Part shown: positions 1 to 13,235 of the stretch, in pieces | How the letters are laid out: each line of letters opens with the position of its first letter | How positions within the stretch are numbered: position 1 is the first letter of the stretch | NCBI GenBank assembly: GCA_004764695.1 | Contig: SMSO01000031.1 | Span: forward strand, 7,856,761-7,920,760 | Direction of reading: 5' to 3' | Length of the DNA: 64,000 bases | Source: Schizochytrium sp. TIO01 | Taxonomy: Eukaryota; Protista; Bigyra: Labyrinthulomycetes | Made by a program: the position numbers and the translations under genes | Notes under the pieces: model-generated | What the model saw: the letters and a program-made list of their open reading frames with translations, nothing else | Told to the model about the DNA's origin: nothing | The model's database searches: none

Positions 1-757
1 ATTGCTGCCAAGTACTCCAACAGCTTCTCCGAGCCTTGTCCCAGATCACCAAAGTAAACCATCTCACCTCCACGACGAAGTAGTAACAAACGGTCGAACT
101 TTGTGAAAATATCCTTCGAAGGCTGGTGAATCGTACAAATAATCGTGCGTCCAGCACGAGCAATGCGCTCCAAGCCCTCCATTACAATACGCGCAGAGCT
201 AGCATCAAGACCAGATGTTGGCTCGTCAGCAAAGATGATGGCTGGGTTTGCAGAAAGCTCCACACCGATGGTCACCCGCTTGGCTTGCTCAGTGCTCAAA
301 CCTCCTGAAGTTTTGAAACCGATTGCAAGATCGCGGATTGGCTCAAGCTTTAGAGTCTCAATTACGCTCTCCACAAACTTGTCTTTATCTTCCTTTGAAA
401 CGTCATGAGGCTGGCGAAGGTAGGCAGAGAAAGTCAAGGCTTCGTGTACTGTAGCAAAAGGACTGTGAATGTCCATCTGTTCGACGTATCCAACAATGCG
501 CGAGAACGAAGTTTTCTCCTGTGGGTGACCATTGACCAAGACTTCACCGGTGATCCTACCACCTGTCTTGCGGAGAGCAAGCACATCAAGCAGAGTTGAT
601 TTACCCGCACCAGAGCTGCCCATGAGGGCGGTAAGGGTGCCGGCTTCTGCGTAGCCAGTGATGCCTTTGAGAAGGTCAAGATTGTATTCGCCGCGGCCGG
701 CGTTAGGACCGGGGACGGAGTACCATAGATCACGAAACACGAGATCAGCTGGAACAA
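1..757. repeat. Near-identical duplicated segment (NBD2 of ABC copy 1), partner 8672-9429
   Basis: Manual comparison finds about 15 differences, including one 1-bp indel, in ~760 bp. Confidence 0.95.
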
Positions 758-3618
758 AATTAGCTTTATTCAGAGAAGTAGCCATCCGTTGAGCTGATCT
801 ATAAGATTGTGCACCACTGTTCTCTTTTGTGGCACCTGCAGGATTCATTTGCTGATCATGGGGATCGGCTTTGCGGTCGAGCTGGATGCGTTGGACGTTC
901 TGAGCTTCGTCTTCAGCAGAATTGGTTTCTTCTTTGCCGCTCTGTGGCGCCCCACCCTCAGATCTCACAAAAGTGTATCCAGTATAGCTCAAGAAGATGT
1001 CAAAAAGTTTGTAGCCAAGAAGCACCAGTATCCCACCCCAGATAAAATCATCATTGTCCTGTATGCCAAAAAGGTCTAGAGCGTAACTTCTTTGCGCTTC
1101 TGTAAAAGCTTTCGAGCCAAATATTACTAGAACGGATGATCGAAAGCCCCAAGCGATTGGGGAAAGCCAATAAATCCAAATGCACCATGTTGGAATTGAA
1201 TTCCTTGTAATAATGTAACCACTGAAGAGAATTGATGTACCAATTGAAACTGCAGCAAGTACTTGTGCGATTGGGGGGGAAGTTGCAATCGTTGCAACTG
1301 CTCTTAGCCATGCGGAAAAGGACATGTTTAGTACAAAGAGAACTACAACGAAAAGCATAAATGTACCACCAACATCTGATTCACCTGTTGCAGTGTTTTC
1401 CCAAGGGACCAACGTGGGAATCCAAAAAATGAGTGTGGCCAGGAGTATGGCTTCTGCAAGTGCAAGTGGCAGCACAGCAATTACTTCTGAAAGGACATAG
1501 GATATTGTTCGGAAAAAGAGGCTGCCGCTTTGTTTGTAGTAAACAGGTCGTTGGAACAAAACAACGGGGATTTGTGCGACTCCCGCGAGCATGGCCTGCA
1601 AGAGAACCATGAAAAGAATTCCAAAACGCTGAGTTGCGGGGGTTTGGTCATCGTCTGAATTTGTTGGCAAGTCTGGGCTCAGGTCCAGAAACACGGTTCC
1701 CATGAGAACACCCATCACGACCGCTTGCCCCAGCCGTGCTACAACAAATTCTGTGTCTCGGTATGTAAGTTGAGTTTGGCGTTGCAAAACAATTTTGAGC
1801 TCTTGACAAAACGAGTTTGCATATAGAGGTGTTTTGCTGGAGTATAATTCCCTTCGCGCTGCAGAATCAACCTTATTTTCTGGAGTACACCAACGATCGG
1901 TCGCATCACGCTTTTTAAGAGAGAATGGCGAGTTTGACCATGCATCTGCCATCTCTTTTTCGTTTGCTGGTGCATCTGAGCGAATCTGATAACGCTTACG
2001 CTGAGGAGTAGTGACTTCCTGAATAAAGTCAGCAATATCTCGATCAAAGGGACACTCGAAGCCGATGCTTTCAAAGTACGGTAATACGTCTTCTCGAGGT
2101 CCATGGAATACTACATAGCCAAGTGCTAAAATAAGGATTTCGTCGAAGAGCTCATATGTTTCTGGAGGAGGTTGGAGTAATGCAATAATAGGCGTAAGCT
2201 GAAGCTTTTTTGCAACTCCAGTAATTCGACGGCAAATGTCAAACGTGGCGGCACTATCAAGACCTGTAGAAATCTGATCATAGAACCCGATTGGACGGCG
2301 GCCCATTAGCATTTCAGCCGAAGTCACACGTTTTTTCTCTCCGCCAGAAACACCGCGCACGAGTTCATTTCCTACAATTGTGTCAGCAGCGTTTGTAAGA
2401 GCAAGGTTATCAATAATGAATTGAGGAAGGTCTTCGAGCTGCTTCTTGATGACCTTCCATTCCTCTTCCGAGACCTGCTCAGAGGTTCCTGGCCGCGTCA
2501 TCACGTGGTGTGCCATCTCAGGGCCGCCAAAGCATTTGTATGAAAACTGAAGGGTTTCACGAACAGTCATAATTGGGTTGTGCACGTCTACTTGGTCAAC
2601 AAAAGTGACCATTTTCCGCAAATGGAGCTCATCGGGACGAAAACCGGAGTAGAAAATGTCTCCTTCAAGGGAGTTTTTCATACCGGTTTTGAGGCGTCCT
2701 GATAAGGCCTTGAAAAGGGTACTTACTCCGCAACCTGGCGGACCAAGAACCAAGGTTGACTTGCCAGCTTCAAAAACACCAGACATTTGCCTCAGAATGG
2801 GCAGATCCGTGAGGTTCTTGCTCTCACCACACACTCCAGAGAAGGGTGTTAGCAATTTCCACAGGGTCTTAAAAATGTTTGTCACACCGATGTCAACCTT
2901 GCGTACTTTTACGGTATATGTAAGGTCGCGGAAGGCAAGGTTTACAGGCCATGTGTCGTCACCTTGAGCACGTGATACAAGGTTTGCGTAGCCTACCATT
3001 GTGAGTTCGCGGGCCTCTTCGCTAGGACCGTACGAGGACTGCATTCGCGAGGGTGCCCGGATGAGCCCTCGTCCTAGTAGCTGCCCCAACAATTTAACCT
3101 CCTCGGCTTCGAGGCTAACATTGTATTCTTCAGATCCGGTCTTGCCCTTTTCTTGGTTTCTTTTCACTTGCTTTTGCAAGTGTCCTAGCAGCTTTCGAAT
3201 ATCGGCAATTTCTTCTTGCGTTGGCTTCTCCTCTTCCGCATCGTGCAATGCGACTCCGTTTTCTTCGCCATCAAGTTCGTCCTCAAATAAGTCTTCGTAG
3301 TTATCCATCATCCCATTCGTCGGCGGTACAGTGGATGTGTTTGCTGCGCAGTTAGGCTTGTAATTACTCTGGGTACCCTCGGTCTCAACAGGTTCAATTC
3401 CAACGCTCGTTGGACTATCGCCCTGGCGAGACTCGCCATCTTTCACAACCTCTTTTGTACTCCAAGGATCACCCTCATTCCTCGTTCTCATCATTGGTGT
3501 CATCATCCATGATGGTGATGGCTGATCCTCGGCGATTTGCATGATCCTCCTCCTCCTCTTCCTGCTTCTGCTGCTGCAGTTGTCGAGATTGGTCGCCCTC
3601 ATGCTCTAGCGCCAGCAT
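1..3618 (-). CDS. Full-size PDR-type ABCG transporter, copy 1 (3' end runs off the window; +1 frameshift near 3478)
   Basis: Hand translation gives an open frame from ~3477 to base 1 with NBD1 (GPPGCGVSTL, VSGGEKKRV, FYDQISTGLD), TMD1 and NBD2 (GSSGAGKST, LSTEQAKRV, FADEPTSGLD, TIHQP). The ATG at 3618 (MLALEHEG...GSAITIMDDD) matches the copy-2 N-terminus (MLAGNSEG...GSALTIGEED) but is one base out of frame. Confidence 0.9.
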
Positions 3619-4803
3619 GTTGACTTGAGTGTATCTAGCTTGCACGCAAGCAAGCAAAGCCCACGCCCCAATTTGGTTTTGCTGGCCTCAGTTCACCAAG
3701 AATACGTGCTAAATTTCAGATTCTTAGGACAGACACCTCGTCTCAGCTTTGGCAACAAGCCCCTCCTGCTTCAATCCTAGATACCCGGGTACTTGCTACC
3801 TCTTGCTCTGCACCAACTTCCATGTCTCGCACCCTGAGCAACTCGAAGAAGAGCTTGAAGTCCTTAGAGTGCCCGTGCCTCTCGAGCGTCTTCAAGTTGG
3901 TTTGAGTGGAAAGAACGACACCCAACTTGAACATTGATTGAAAGCAAAACTAAAATTGCTTTCCAAGTACCTACAACTTCTTAAGAACTCGGATCCAACT
4001 GAATCGCAGGCAACCCTCTGTGCACACCTTCACCAGAACAGGTGTCACTGGAGCGCTGGCGGTCGTTCTGACTTCCTTCCTTTGCGCGGCAGTAGTCGAA
4101 GAGCGAACAGAGCCTGCTTGCAAAGTGGACGCAGGTCCTTTGTTTACGAGCCTGGGCGATTGCAATTTCAAGGTTTGGTCACGGAGAAAGGGTTGGGGAA
4201 CCTGAATGGGAGCGATGAGCGCCGCGGCTTTCGGACTTTTACTTTTGCCATCACTGCTGTGTTTATTTATTTCTACTACAAACTAAATTTCATTTTGTAT
4301 TAACTTTTTTTTTATTTTTTCTTTCTCGCGATAGTTTCCTTTTCTGGCAGATCGAAGTATTGGAACTTCAGAAAAAGGCAATTCGTAAGAACGGCAACCA
4401 ACCAGAAAGAACTTTCAACGAGCTCGTGTGCCGCTCAATGCTTGCGTGAAACTTGGAGTACTCTGCGTCCAAAGCTTTCTCGCGTCGCACCTTTCCTTCA
4501 TCCAGGTCCAGCCAGGTACTTGTCAAAAACATTTCCCAATACCTTTGGCCTTTTTTCGACCTCTCGTACTTCAGAATGATCAAATTTATCACGGTCCCTG
4601 CAAACACATTCGTCAAAAATCGCCTACGAATAGTCAGTCCTCTGCAATCCATTCACCGTTCGATTGTGATTGTGATTGTGATGCCGTGACTTCGATTCCC
4701 ATATTCAACTTGCCGGGAAACTGAACTAACACGGCTTGGAAGCACGGTCGCCCCGAGCTTGAGCGTGCTTGCTCCCTCAGGATTGGAGACATTGCAATTG
4801 CAG

Positions 4804-4804
<1 letters not shown>

Positions 4805-4840
<36 letters not shown>
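4805..4840. repeat. (GCAA)9 microsatellite
   Basis: Directly visible. Confidence 0.95.
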
Positions 4841-5805
4841 TGGCTCACCTCAACTGCTTTGATTGCACTATGCCCTTCAATTTAGAAATGTAGATACAGC
4901 GAGAACTCAATGGCGCTTCTCAGCCTGGTGAGCTAGAGAACGAACGCAGCCAATGGATGGAGGGCAAGGCCTGCCTGCAGAAAACGTCAACGGTGATCGT
5001 GTGGATTTCGGCACCTTCAAGGTTAGAGGTTTTGATTCCTGGTCTTGGGTTCGTTTGATTTCCACAAGCGCTGTCAAAGCTGAAGTGCCGCAGTTCAATC
5101 ACTCAATCATCCATTGATTGCCACGAACCTATGGCCCATACACAGCTTTTCTCCACCACCAGCAGCAGCAGCAGCAGCCTCATGCAATACGCAGACTAAT
5201 GGGCCTTCCTAGCCAGAAAACAAAACAGACAAACACCACCTCCAACTCGAGGAGTTTGTGCAAAGCAGCAGCAGATTGCCATCTGGACGCAGCCACCCTT
5301 GCTTTCCAATATACCGTCTTGACTCCAGCTTTGTCCGCATCCTCGCGTCTCCTGGCCATCTCCAAGTCTCTCTTCGGGACTTCGTCTTGCTCAGTTTAGA
5401 GCACCTCTTTCGTCTTGCCGATCTAAGCGCCCGCGAAAGGTCGTACGGCGGACACAGAGCGTGCAGACGGTGGCGTACGAGTAGCTACCGGCGCCTAGCG
5501 CACCATCTTGCTTGCATTGCGCATATTCGTAGATACCGCTAGAGATAGTACCTAGGTGCTTGCTTGCTTCGATATATGTTGGTTTAGGAATGGAGTTGAG
5601 TCTCGCTTCGATTCCTCGCGACGCAGGATAAGTTGAGATTGAGGGGCACGCAACGGAGGGCCGCTGATTCGAACGAAAGTCGCATGTGTAACGAACGCCG
5701 TGATCTCTGCGATGACGGAGCTTTTGTGTACTTATTCTTCATATTCTACAATTTCTATAATTTCTGTAATTTTGCAGTGCTTACGTGGAGTGTTTCACAC
5801 CAGCG

Positions 5806-5906
5806 GTTTCGTTTGTTTCGTTTACTTCGTTTACTTCGTTTATTTCGTTTATTTCGTTTATTTCGTTTGTTTCGATTGTTTCGTTTGTTTCGTTTGTTTC
5901 GTTCGT
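5806..5906. repeat. Degenerate 9-bp tandem repeat (GTTTCGTTT/ATTTCGTTT), about 11 units
   Basis: Directly visible; generates spurious RLFRLF/NETNET ORFs. Confidence 0.9.
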
Positions 5907-6406
5907 AGGTTTATATGTTGGTGATGGAGGTTTATACAGCATTGGCGATTTACTGCTGCTCCTCAGGAGGGTCTTGGCACAGGAGAAGAACGTCGGGCTG
6001 ACTGACGAGCTCTCAGGGGCTCCAGAAAAGCAGCTGTCCAAGTTCAAGGTCGTGGCGTAGCTGCATTCTACTGCGAGTTGAGTGGTGTTGTTGTCTGATG
6101 GTTGTTAGGGCGGCAAGTTGAATCCCACGGCACGTGGAAGAACCTAATAAACTGGAATACATGAAAACTTTTGTGTCTATTGATGAGCAAACTACCGAAC
6201 ACTCTCGAGAAAACCCTCTGGAGCACGATCGCGAGTGTGCTTCAAACATTCGAAGGCTGCCTAAACCCAGCGAGTCGAGCATGTATATGCAGCTTTACCC
6301 AGAAAGAAAGCTGCCACGAGGGCGAGCTAACTTCAAGAACGGACCGGAAAGCGATTTGGTGCTCTTCACACACCACCATCAGTTTCATCTCTGTTGTTTT
6401 TACTAT

Positions 6407-6532
6407 TAAAACTAAAACTAAAACTAAAACTAAAACTAAAACTAAAACTAAAACTAAAACTAAAACTAAAACTAAAACTAAAACTAAAACTAAAACTAAC
6501 ACTAAAACTAAAACTAAAACTAAAACTAAAAC
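6407..6532. repeat. (TAAAAC)21 microsatellite with one variant unit
   Basis: Directly visible. Confidence 0.95.
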
Positions 6533-7137
6533 AGTAAATTGTTTTTTCAATAGAAATAAAAATTTGATCATCTTTCAGTTTTCATCGCCAATTATTAGGA
6601 TGCCTCAAAACGCACAGACACACAGACAGACGTGCGTGAGGCCTTCTCTGTTATATTTCCTCGTTCTAGCCTGATCTATATTCTGCACAAAGAAAGAAGC
6701 CTTCCTCGCGTAGTCTGCGTGCTATCGCGGGCAGCCGATGGCTGGCCAGAGCAGAGAGATTCATTCCCATAACTCGGCGTGGGCGACACTGATGATGATG
6801 ATGCGACTCGACGAACTGCGCCATCCACGTTGTCTGGTATGAGAATTAGAGCATCTTAGCTGTACTTTACTTGGTACTTCTACTGTGGGGGGCGCAAAAG
6901 ACCCGGAAAAGCTCTGGCTGGGTGGTTATATACAAAACAAGGTGTATCGAAGAGCCTACTCTCGCTTGAGATAAATCTTTTATTTTCCTCCTGTGATTTT
7001 AAGACTTTAAATTGTTTTTAATTAAAAACATAGAAAAAAATCAGAGTAACTATAAAATTTTATATTGGAGTCAAGACAAGAAAAGAAGAACATTGGCAAC
7101 AAGGTTGCTGACCAGCCTGTACAACGAAGATGCTAGC

Positions 7138-7266
7138 TCGAATTGTACAAAACGGAGGTTCAAAGCAAGCAGCGGCGTGGCACTCGCATCCAAAATATGA
7201 GTAGACATACGAGATTTGATCTTGCTGTATCGTGGCATTTGACTGAAATCTTTGCGTGCGGGCCCG
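7138..7266 (+). pseudogene. Possible decayed mitochondrial carrier (SLC25) repeat fragment
   Basis: One frame reads SNCTKRRFKASSG...KI*VDIRDLILLYRGI*LKSLRAGP, resembling PxDxxKxRxQ...LYRG...LRxxP; TGA stops at 7198 and 7240. Confidence 0.25.
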
Positions 7267-7590
7267 CGCAATACGGAGAGACTCATGCTGCGAGATTATT
7301 CAATCACGATGGTTTCTGAAGCTCACTATGATCTCGGGAAGTTTGAGGCGTTCGTATGCATCACAAAGTCCAAGGTAGTACCTAGTGGTTTCTTGCATCA
7401 CTTTCGCCCAACGAGATTGACCATGATCGCCAATATACAAACAGAGAGACTGCGGCGGTTCACGACATTTCCAGATCAAGCGACCAATCAATGTCAGCAG
7501 AGATAGCATGAATAGATCAAGTTTACAGACAATGAATAATTCCTTTATATTTCGGCTAAGCACTATTCTCAAAAATATAGGGTTGAATTT

Positions 7591-10500
7591 CTAACGTTTG
7601 AGGTAAGAAACATACTGGTAAGCAAGCATCGTGATGATCCGAAGACCCACTGCATATCCTGCAAGGGCACCAAGACAATACTTCCAGTCTTCCGCCTCGT
7701 ATCCAAAATTCTCCTTCGTGTACTCCCAAGCAGTCTGGCCATTGGAAAGCATGGAGCATCCCGGCTTCGAAGCTGGCGTGGTGCTTGGGTCTTCACATCC
7801 CAATTGTGAGGCAACCAATGCATCCATTGCGTAACGGATCGGGTTAGTAGCAACAACCCACTGCCAAAAGCCCGGAATATCATTCCATGCAATCATTAAA
7901 CCACAAGTAACGGCCCAGAAACCAATCGAAAGCGCGGCAATAATGTTTGCAACCTGCTCGTTTGGAGAAACAGCTGCAAGGAAATGACCCCAAAAGATGA
8001 TTGTCATCATGAAGATCAAGTAAATGATCCAAAAGAGGAAAAAAGCAGCAGCATCATGCCAGAGGTATACCAGATTGTAAAAAACTGCAGAAAAGACCAA
8101 AGTCGAAGATATGATATAAGGGAACTCGGCGAGAGTTTGTGCAATTACCATCGGCACCACGCCGTAGTAATGGGCAGCTCTTTCCCGATAGAATGACGCC
8201 CGCTCATCCATAATCGTAGGCAACGCTGTGTTCAAAGCGATGACACCCATGAAGGTTGTGCCTTGGAACATGAGTCCCATAAAACTTTGAATATCAGTAG
8301 ACTCCTCAAGGTGCAGGCCGTTCTTGTAAAACGAAGAGCCAAAAAAGAGACCAATCACAATCGCCACAACGAAGCGCGTAGTATTATACGCAGGGTTGCG
8401 CCAGTACGCTAGCCACCAACGCTTTGCAAGCTGATCTTGTTGCACTGCAAATGTACTTGCATATTCGGTTTTGAACTTGAGATCAGGTCGGTCAGCAAGA
8501 TTGTTCTTTACAACCTCGTCGATTGCAGCCTCATTCCTTTTGCGGAGCTCACTCTCCTTGTACTCTTGTGCATAGTCTGCAGTCACCTTGTATCCCGCAC
8601 TTGCACCAATAGCTTCAAGCATGTACGTAGCAGGGTTGTAACGAGGGTTCGGCATCAATCGAGTACCGGGAATTGCTGCCAAGTACTCCAACAGCTTCTC
8701 CGAACCTTGTCCCAGATCACCAAAGTAAACCATCTCACCTCCACGACGAAGTAGTAACAAACGGTCGAACTTTGTGAAAATATCCTTCGAAGGCTGGTGA
8801 ATCGTACAAATAATCGTACGTCCAGCACGAGCAATGCGCTCCAAGCCTTCCATTACAATACGCGCAGAGCTAGCATCAAGACCAGATGTTGGCTCGTCAG
8901 CAAAGATGATGGCTGGGTTTGCAGAAAGCTCCACACCGATGGTCACACGCTTGGCTTGCTCAGTGCTCAAACCTCCTGAAGTTTTGAAACCGATTGCAAG
9001 ATCACGGATTGGCTCAAGCTTTAGAGTCTCAATTACGCTCTCCACAAACTTGTCTTTTTCTTCCTTTGGAACGTCATGAGGCTGGCGAAGGTAGGCAGAG
9101 AAAGTCAAGGCTTCGTGTACTGTAGCAAAAGGACTGTGAATGTCCATCTGTTCGACGTATCCGACAATGCGCGAGAACGAAGTTTTCTCCTGTGGGCGGC
9201 CGTTGACCAAGACTTCACCGGTGATCTTACCACCTGTCTTGCGGAGAGCAAGCACATCAAGCAGAGTTGATTTACCCGCACCAGAGCTGCCCATGAGGGC
9301 GGTAAGGGTGCCGGCTTCTGCGTAGCCAGTGATGCCTTTGAGAAGGTCAAGATTGTATTCGCCGCGGCCGGCGTTAGGGACCGGGGACGGAGTACCACAG
9401 ATCACGAAACACGAGATCAGCTGGAACGAAATCTTCCTGATTTAGAGAAGTTTCGATGCGAAGGTTGGAATGTTCTGGTCGATCAGACCCACTCCTCGAG
9501 TTGGCCTCAATAACAATTTTTCTTTCAGCAGATTGGAGATCTGATTCTGGTTCACCCCGGTCACCTGTGGTTTGACGACCACCTCCCTCGTACCGGAAGT
9601 AGGTATATCCAATGTAACTGAGCAGGACATCAAGCAATTTGTAGCCAAGGAGCATGAGGATACCAGCCCAGACGTACTCCTCATTATCTTGCATATTAAA
9701 TACACTAAGAGCATAGGTACGCTGGGCTTCCGTAAATGCACTGGATCCAAAGACGATTAATACTGCAGCTCGAAAGCCCCAGGCGAGCGGAGACAGCCAA
9801 TAGATCCAGATGAACCAGGGTGGAATGGCATCCCTCGTAATGATATAGCCACTGAACAGAATTGAGGTTCCGATGGAAACTGTTGTAAGAACTTGGGCAA
9901 GTGCTGGAGACCCTGTGAAAGTCGCTACAGCACGCAACCATGCTGCAAAAGACATATTCAGCACAAACAGAACCACAACGAACAACATAAAGCAAGCACC
10001 GGCATCAGACTCGCCTGTTGCTGTATTTTCGTAAGGCACAAGAGCAGGAATCCAAAACACTAAAGCAGCAAGAATAACTGCTTCGACAAAAGCAATCGGC
10101 AAAACAGCAATCATTTCTGCAAGCACATAGGTGACTGTACGATGAAAGTAGCTTCCGCTTTGCTTATAGTACACCGGTCTTTGTGAAAGTACAACAGGAA
10201 CTTGAGCAAGACCAGCAAGCATAGCCTGCAACAAAACAGTATAGAGAATACCATAGCGCTGTGTGATGGGCTTTTGATCAGCATTTGAGCTAGTGGGTAC
10301 ATCCGGACTCAGATCTAAAAACACCGTCGCCATCACCACGCCCATAATGAGGGCTTGTCCGAGACGAGCCACAATAAACTCTGTATCACGAAACGTTAGT
10401 TTCATTTGTCTGTCCAAAACCATGCCCAACTCCGTGCAAAAGGAGTTTGCATATACGGGAGTATCGTGGGCATAGATCTCTCGACGGACTGCCGAGTCGA

Positions 10501-12154
10501 TCTTGTTAGCTTCGTTGCACCAGCGATCAGTAGCATCTCGTTTTTTCTGTGAGTACGGAGACGCCGTCCAGGCATCTGCCATTTCCTTTTCGTTGGCAGG
10601 TGCATCGTGGCGTGATTGAAAGCGTTTGCGTTGAGACGTGGTAACCTCCTGGATGAAGTCCGCAATATCACAGTCGAAGGGACACTCAAAGCCAATACTT
10701 TCAAAGTAGGGTAGAACATCCTCGCGAGGCCCATGGAAAACAATGTATCCAAGAGCAAGGATTAAGATCTCGTCAAAGAGCTCGTAAGTTTCAGGCGGGG
10801 GTTGCAAAAGAGCAACGATAGGGGTGAGGTGCAGCACTCGAGCAGTTCCAGTGATACGTCTGCAAATATCAAAAGTTGCTGCACTGTCCAAGCCGGTAGA
10901 AATCTGATCAAAGAATCCGATCGGCCTGCGACCCATCAACATTTCGGCAGAGGTAACACGTTTTTTCTCTCCTCCGGAGACACCGCGAATGAGCTCGTTA
11001 CCAACGATGGTGTCCTGCGCATTGGTGAGTGCAAGGTTATCAATCACAAACTGCGAAAAATCTTCGAGCTGACGCTTAATAATTTGCCACTCGTCGTTTG
11101 TAACTTGCTCTGATGTTCCTGGTCTTGTGATGACATGGTGGGCCATTTCTGCTCCGCCAAAACAGTTGTACGCAAATTCCAAGGTTTCGCGCACAGTGAG
11201 GATAGGATTATGTACGTCAACCTGGTCCACAAAAGCAATAAGTTTGCGAAGATGTAATTCCTTAGGTCTGTAGCCCGAATAATACATATCTCCTGAACAC
11301 TTGACGGGACCTCCACTCTTAGCACGACCAGCAAGGACCTTAAAGAGTGTACTTACACCGCAACCGGGAGGTCCTAGAACAAGGGTTGATTTTCCTGCCT
11401 CAAATGCACCTGACATGTTGCGAAGAATCGGGATATCGACATGGTTTTTGCCACTGCCGCATACCCCTGAGAAGGGGGTGAGCAATTTCCACATTGCTTT
11501 GGCCACGTTTGTCACTCCAATGTCCACCTTGCGCACATTGATGGAGTAATTAAGATCACGAAAGCCCAAATTTACTGGCCAGGTGTCGTCACCCTGGGCA
11601 CGAGAGACGAGATGAGCATAGGATACCATCGTCAGCTCACGCTGAGATTCAAGGCCAAATGCTGAGGATGCAATGCGAGACGGTGCACGGATGAGACCCT
11701 TGCCAATGAGTTCTCCAAGCAGCTCTACCTCGTCCGGCTTGAGGTTGACATTGTATTGTTCTCTCCCTTCGCGGCCCCTCTCCTGATTCACCTGGACCTG
11801 TTTCTGTAGTCTGCCAAGCAAGGCATTGATTCTATTAGCTTCCTCGCGGGTCGGTCTGTTCTCATCAGAATATGCTTGGTTCTCTGCAGGCTGCTCTTCA
11901 GCTTCAAGACCTTTAGCATGGACTGCTGAGGACGATACTCCCTCCGAGGAGATTGAAGACCCCGCTGATCTCGATTCCGGTGTCGATGACAATCCCGAAG
12001 ACCCCTGAGTCTCGATCACATTAGTATTCACGTCTCCAAGCTCCACATCTTCTTCGCCAATCGTCAACGCAGAGCCTTCTCGCTCCACGTGCACCACATC
12101 TGAGGCACTCGCACCGTGCGCAGAGTGGCCTCCTTCTGAGTTCCCTGCGAGCAT
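7591..12154 (-). CDS. Full-size PDR-type ABCG transporter, copy 2, split by a 1-bp insertion at 9377-9379
   Basis: ORF 9374-12217 encodes NBD1-TMD1 and ORF 7591-9405 encodes NBD2-TMD2. Copy 1 has GG (706-707) where this copy has GGG. First ATG is at 12154. Confidence 0.92.
8672..9429. repeat. Near-identical duplicated segment (NBD2 of ABC copy 2), partner 1-757
   Basis: Manual comparison, about 98% identity. Confidence 0.95.
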
Positions 12155-13031
12155 TGGAGCAAAGATTGCTGCCGAGAACGTTTCGGTTTTGAAAAGAGCC
12201 TCACAAGCCCCAGCCAAGCCCCAGCCAAGCCCCAGCCACGCAAAGCAAAGCTAGGCGAGCTCAGCAAGCCAGTCCTTCCCGGCGTTAAGTTAGGTATTTG
12301 CTCAGCGCTTCGGTGATGTCAAGAATTAAGAGTGTCTCACTTCACTGCCAGTGATCGAGTGGCCGTGAACCGCCCCAAGGAAAACCTCAAGAACCTCAAC
12401 AATTACAAGTTTACAAGTGCAAATCCAACACCCAAAGTGGAACTCAAGAAAGTCCTCAACAACATGAAGTACCTACTACCACGCCCATTACCGAAATCGT
12501 AGTTTGGTAGGTAGGGAGGGAGGTAGTGGTTCTCCTTCTTCAAGTCGATCTCTACGTGATGGTACATGGCCTTCTCCAAATCCAGCACCCATGACTCAAA
12601 CCAACTTGAAGACCAAGACAGTCAATCGTATTCGCAATCATACCCATAGCTGTCTATGCCCATTATCATAGCCAAGACCTCAATCATGAGCTCAATCGAT
12701 CGCTACTCAGCGCCAGAACTGTCTAAGAACGTCGCAATTTATTAGCGCCGCTCATCGTTTATAATGTGCACGAGTTGGAACTTGAAGCACCGCATAATCT
12801 CATGGGTCGCTGACGCCCTTCCCGCGCTGGTAGTAGAGGCACCACCCTAGCAGTCTGCTAGCTACCCTATGGCAGCAGGAGTACAAGAACTTTGAAGTTC
12901 AAGTTGAAGAAGAAGTGCTACTGCAACAACAACAACTTCAAGAAGGCCGTGGTGGAGGACATGGACACGGATTGGAGAGCACCCAAGGAAACTCTTAAGA
13001 TTTGATTCAAGGGGCCGATCGGGATGGTTTG

Positions 13032-13097
13032 GTTTTGTTTTGTTTTGTTTTGTTTTGTTTTGTTTTGTTTTGTTTTGTTTTGTTTTGTTTTGTTTTG
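13032..13097. repeat. (GTTTT)13 microsatellite
   Basis: Directly visible. Confidence 0.95.
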
Positions 13098-13235
13098 TTG
13101 CTTTTGAACTCGCCAGGCATGGGAGTTGGGATATCTGGTTGATTGCATTTGCCCGAGAGCGGTTGCGTTGCTGGTTGGGGTAGGCATCAATGTTGACGAC
13201 AGGCGTGTGCGCAATAGCCCCTCCATCGCGAGGGT

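Noticed and set aside
5180-5506. Stop-codon reassignment suggested by stop-interrupted frames in the spacers
   Set aside because: Intact genes here end in TAG, TAA and TGA and have no internal stops; any stop can be read as a C-to-T product, so this alone is not evidence.
5806-5906. CRISPR-like array
   Set aside because: Head-to-tail 9-mers without spacers, eukaryotic context, no cas genes.
6407-6532. (TTTTAG)n on the minus strand as an interstitial telomere
   Set aside because: It lacks the G-run of telomeric repeats and is one of many simple repeats here.
7591-9405. Independent half-size ABCG gene
   Set aside because: No promoter space, and the first in-frame ATG lies just before Walker A, truncating the NBD; copy 1 shows the continuous frame.
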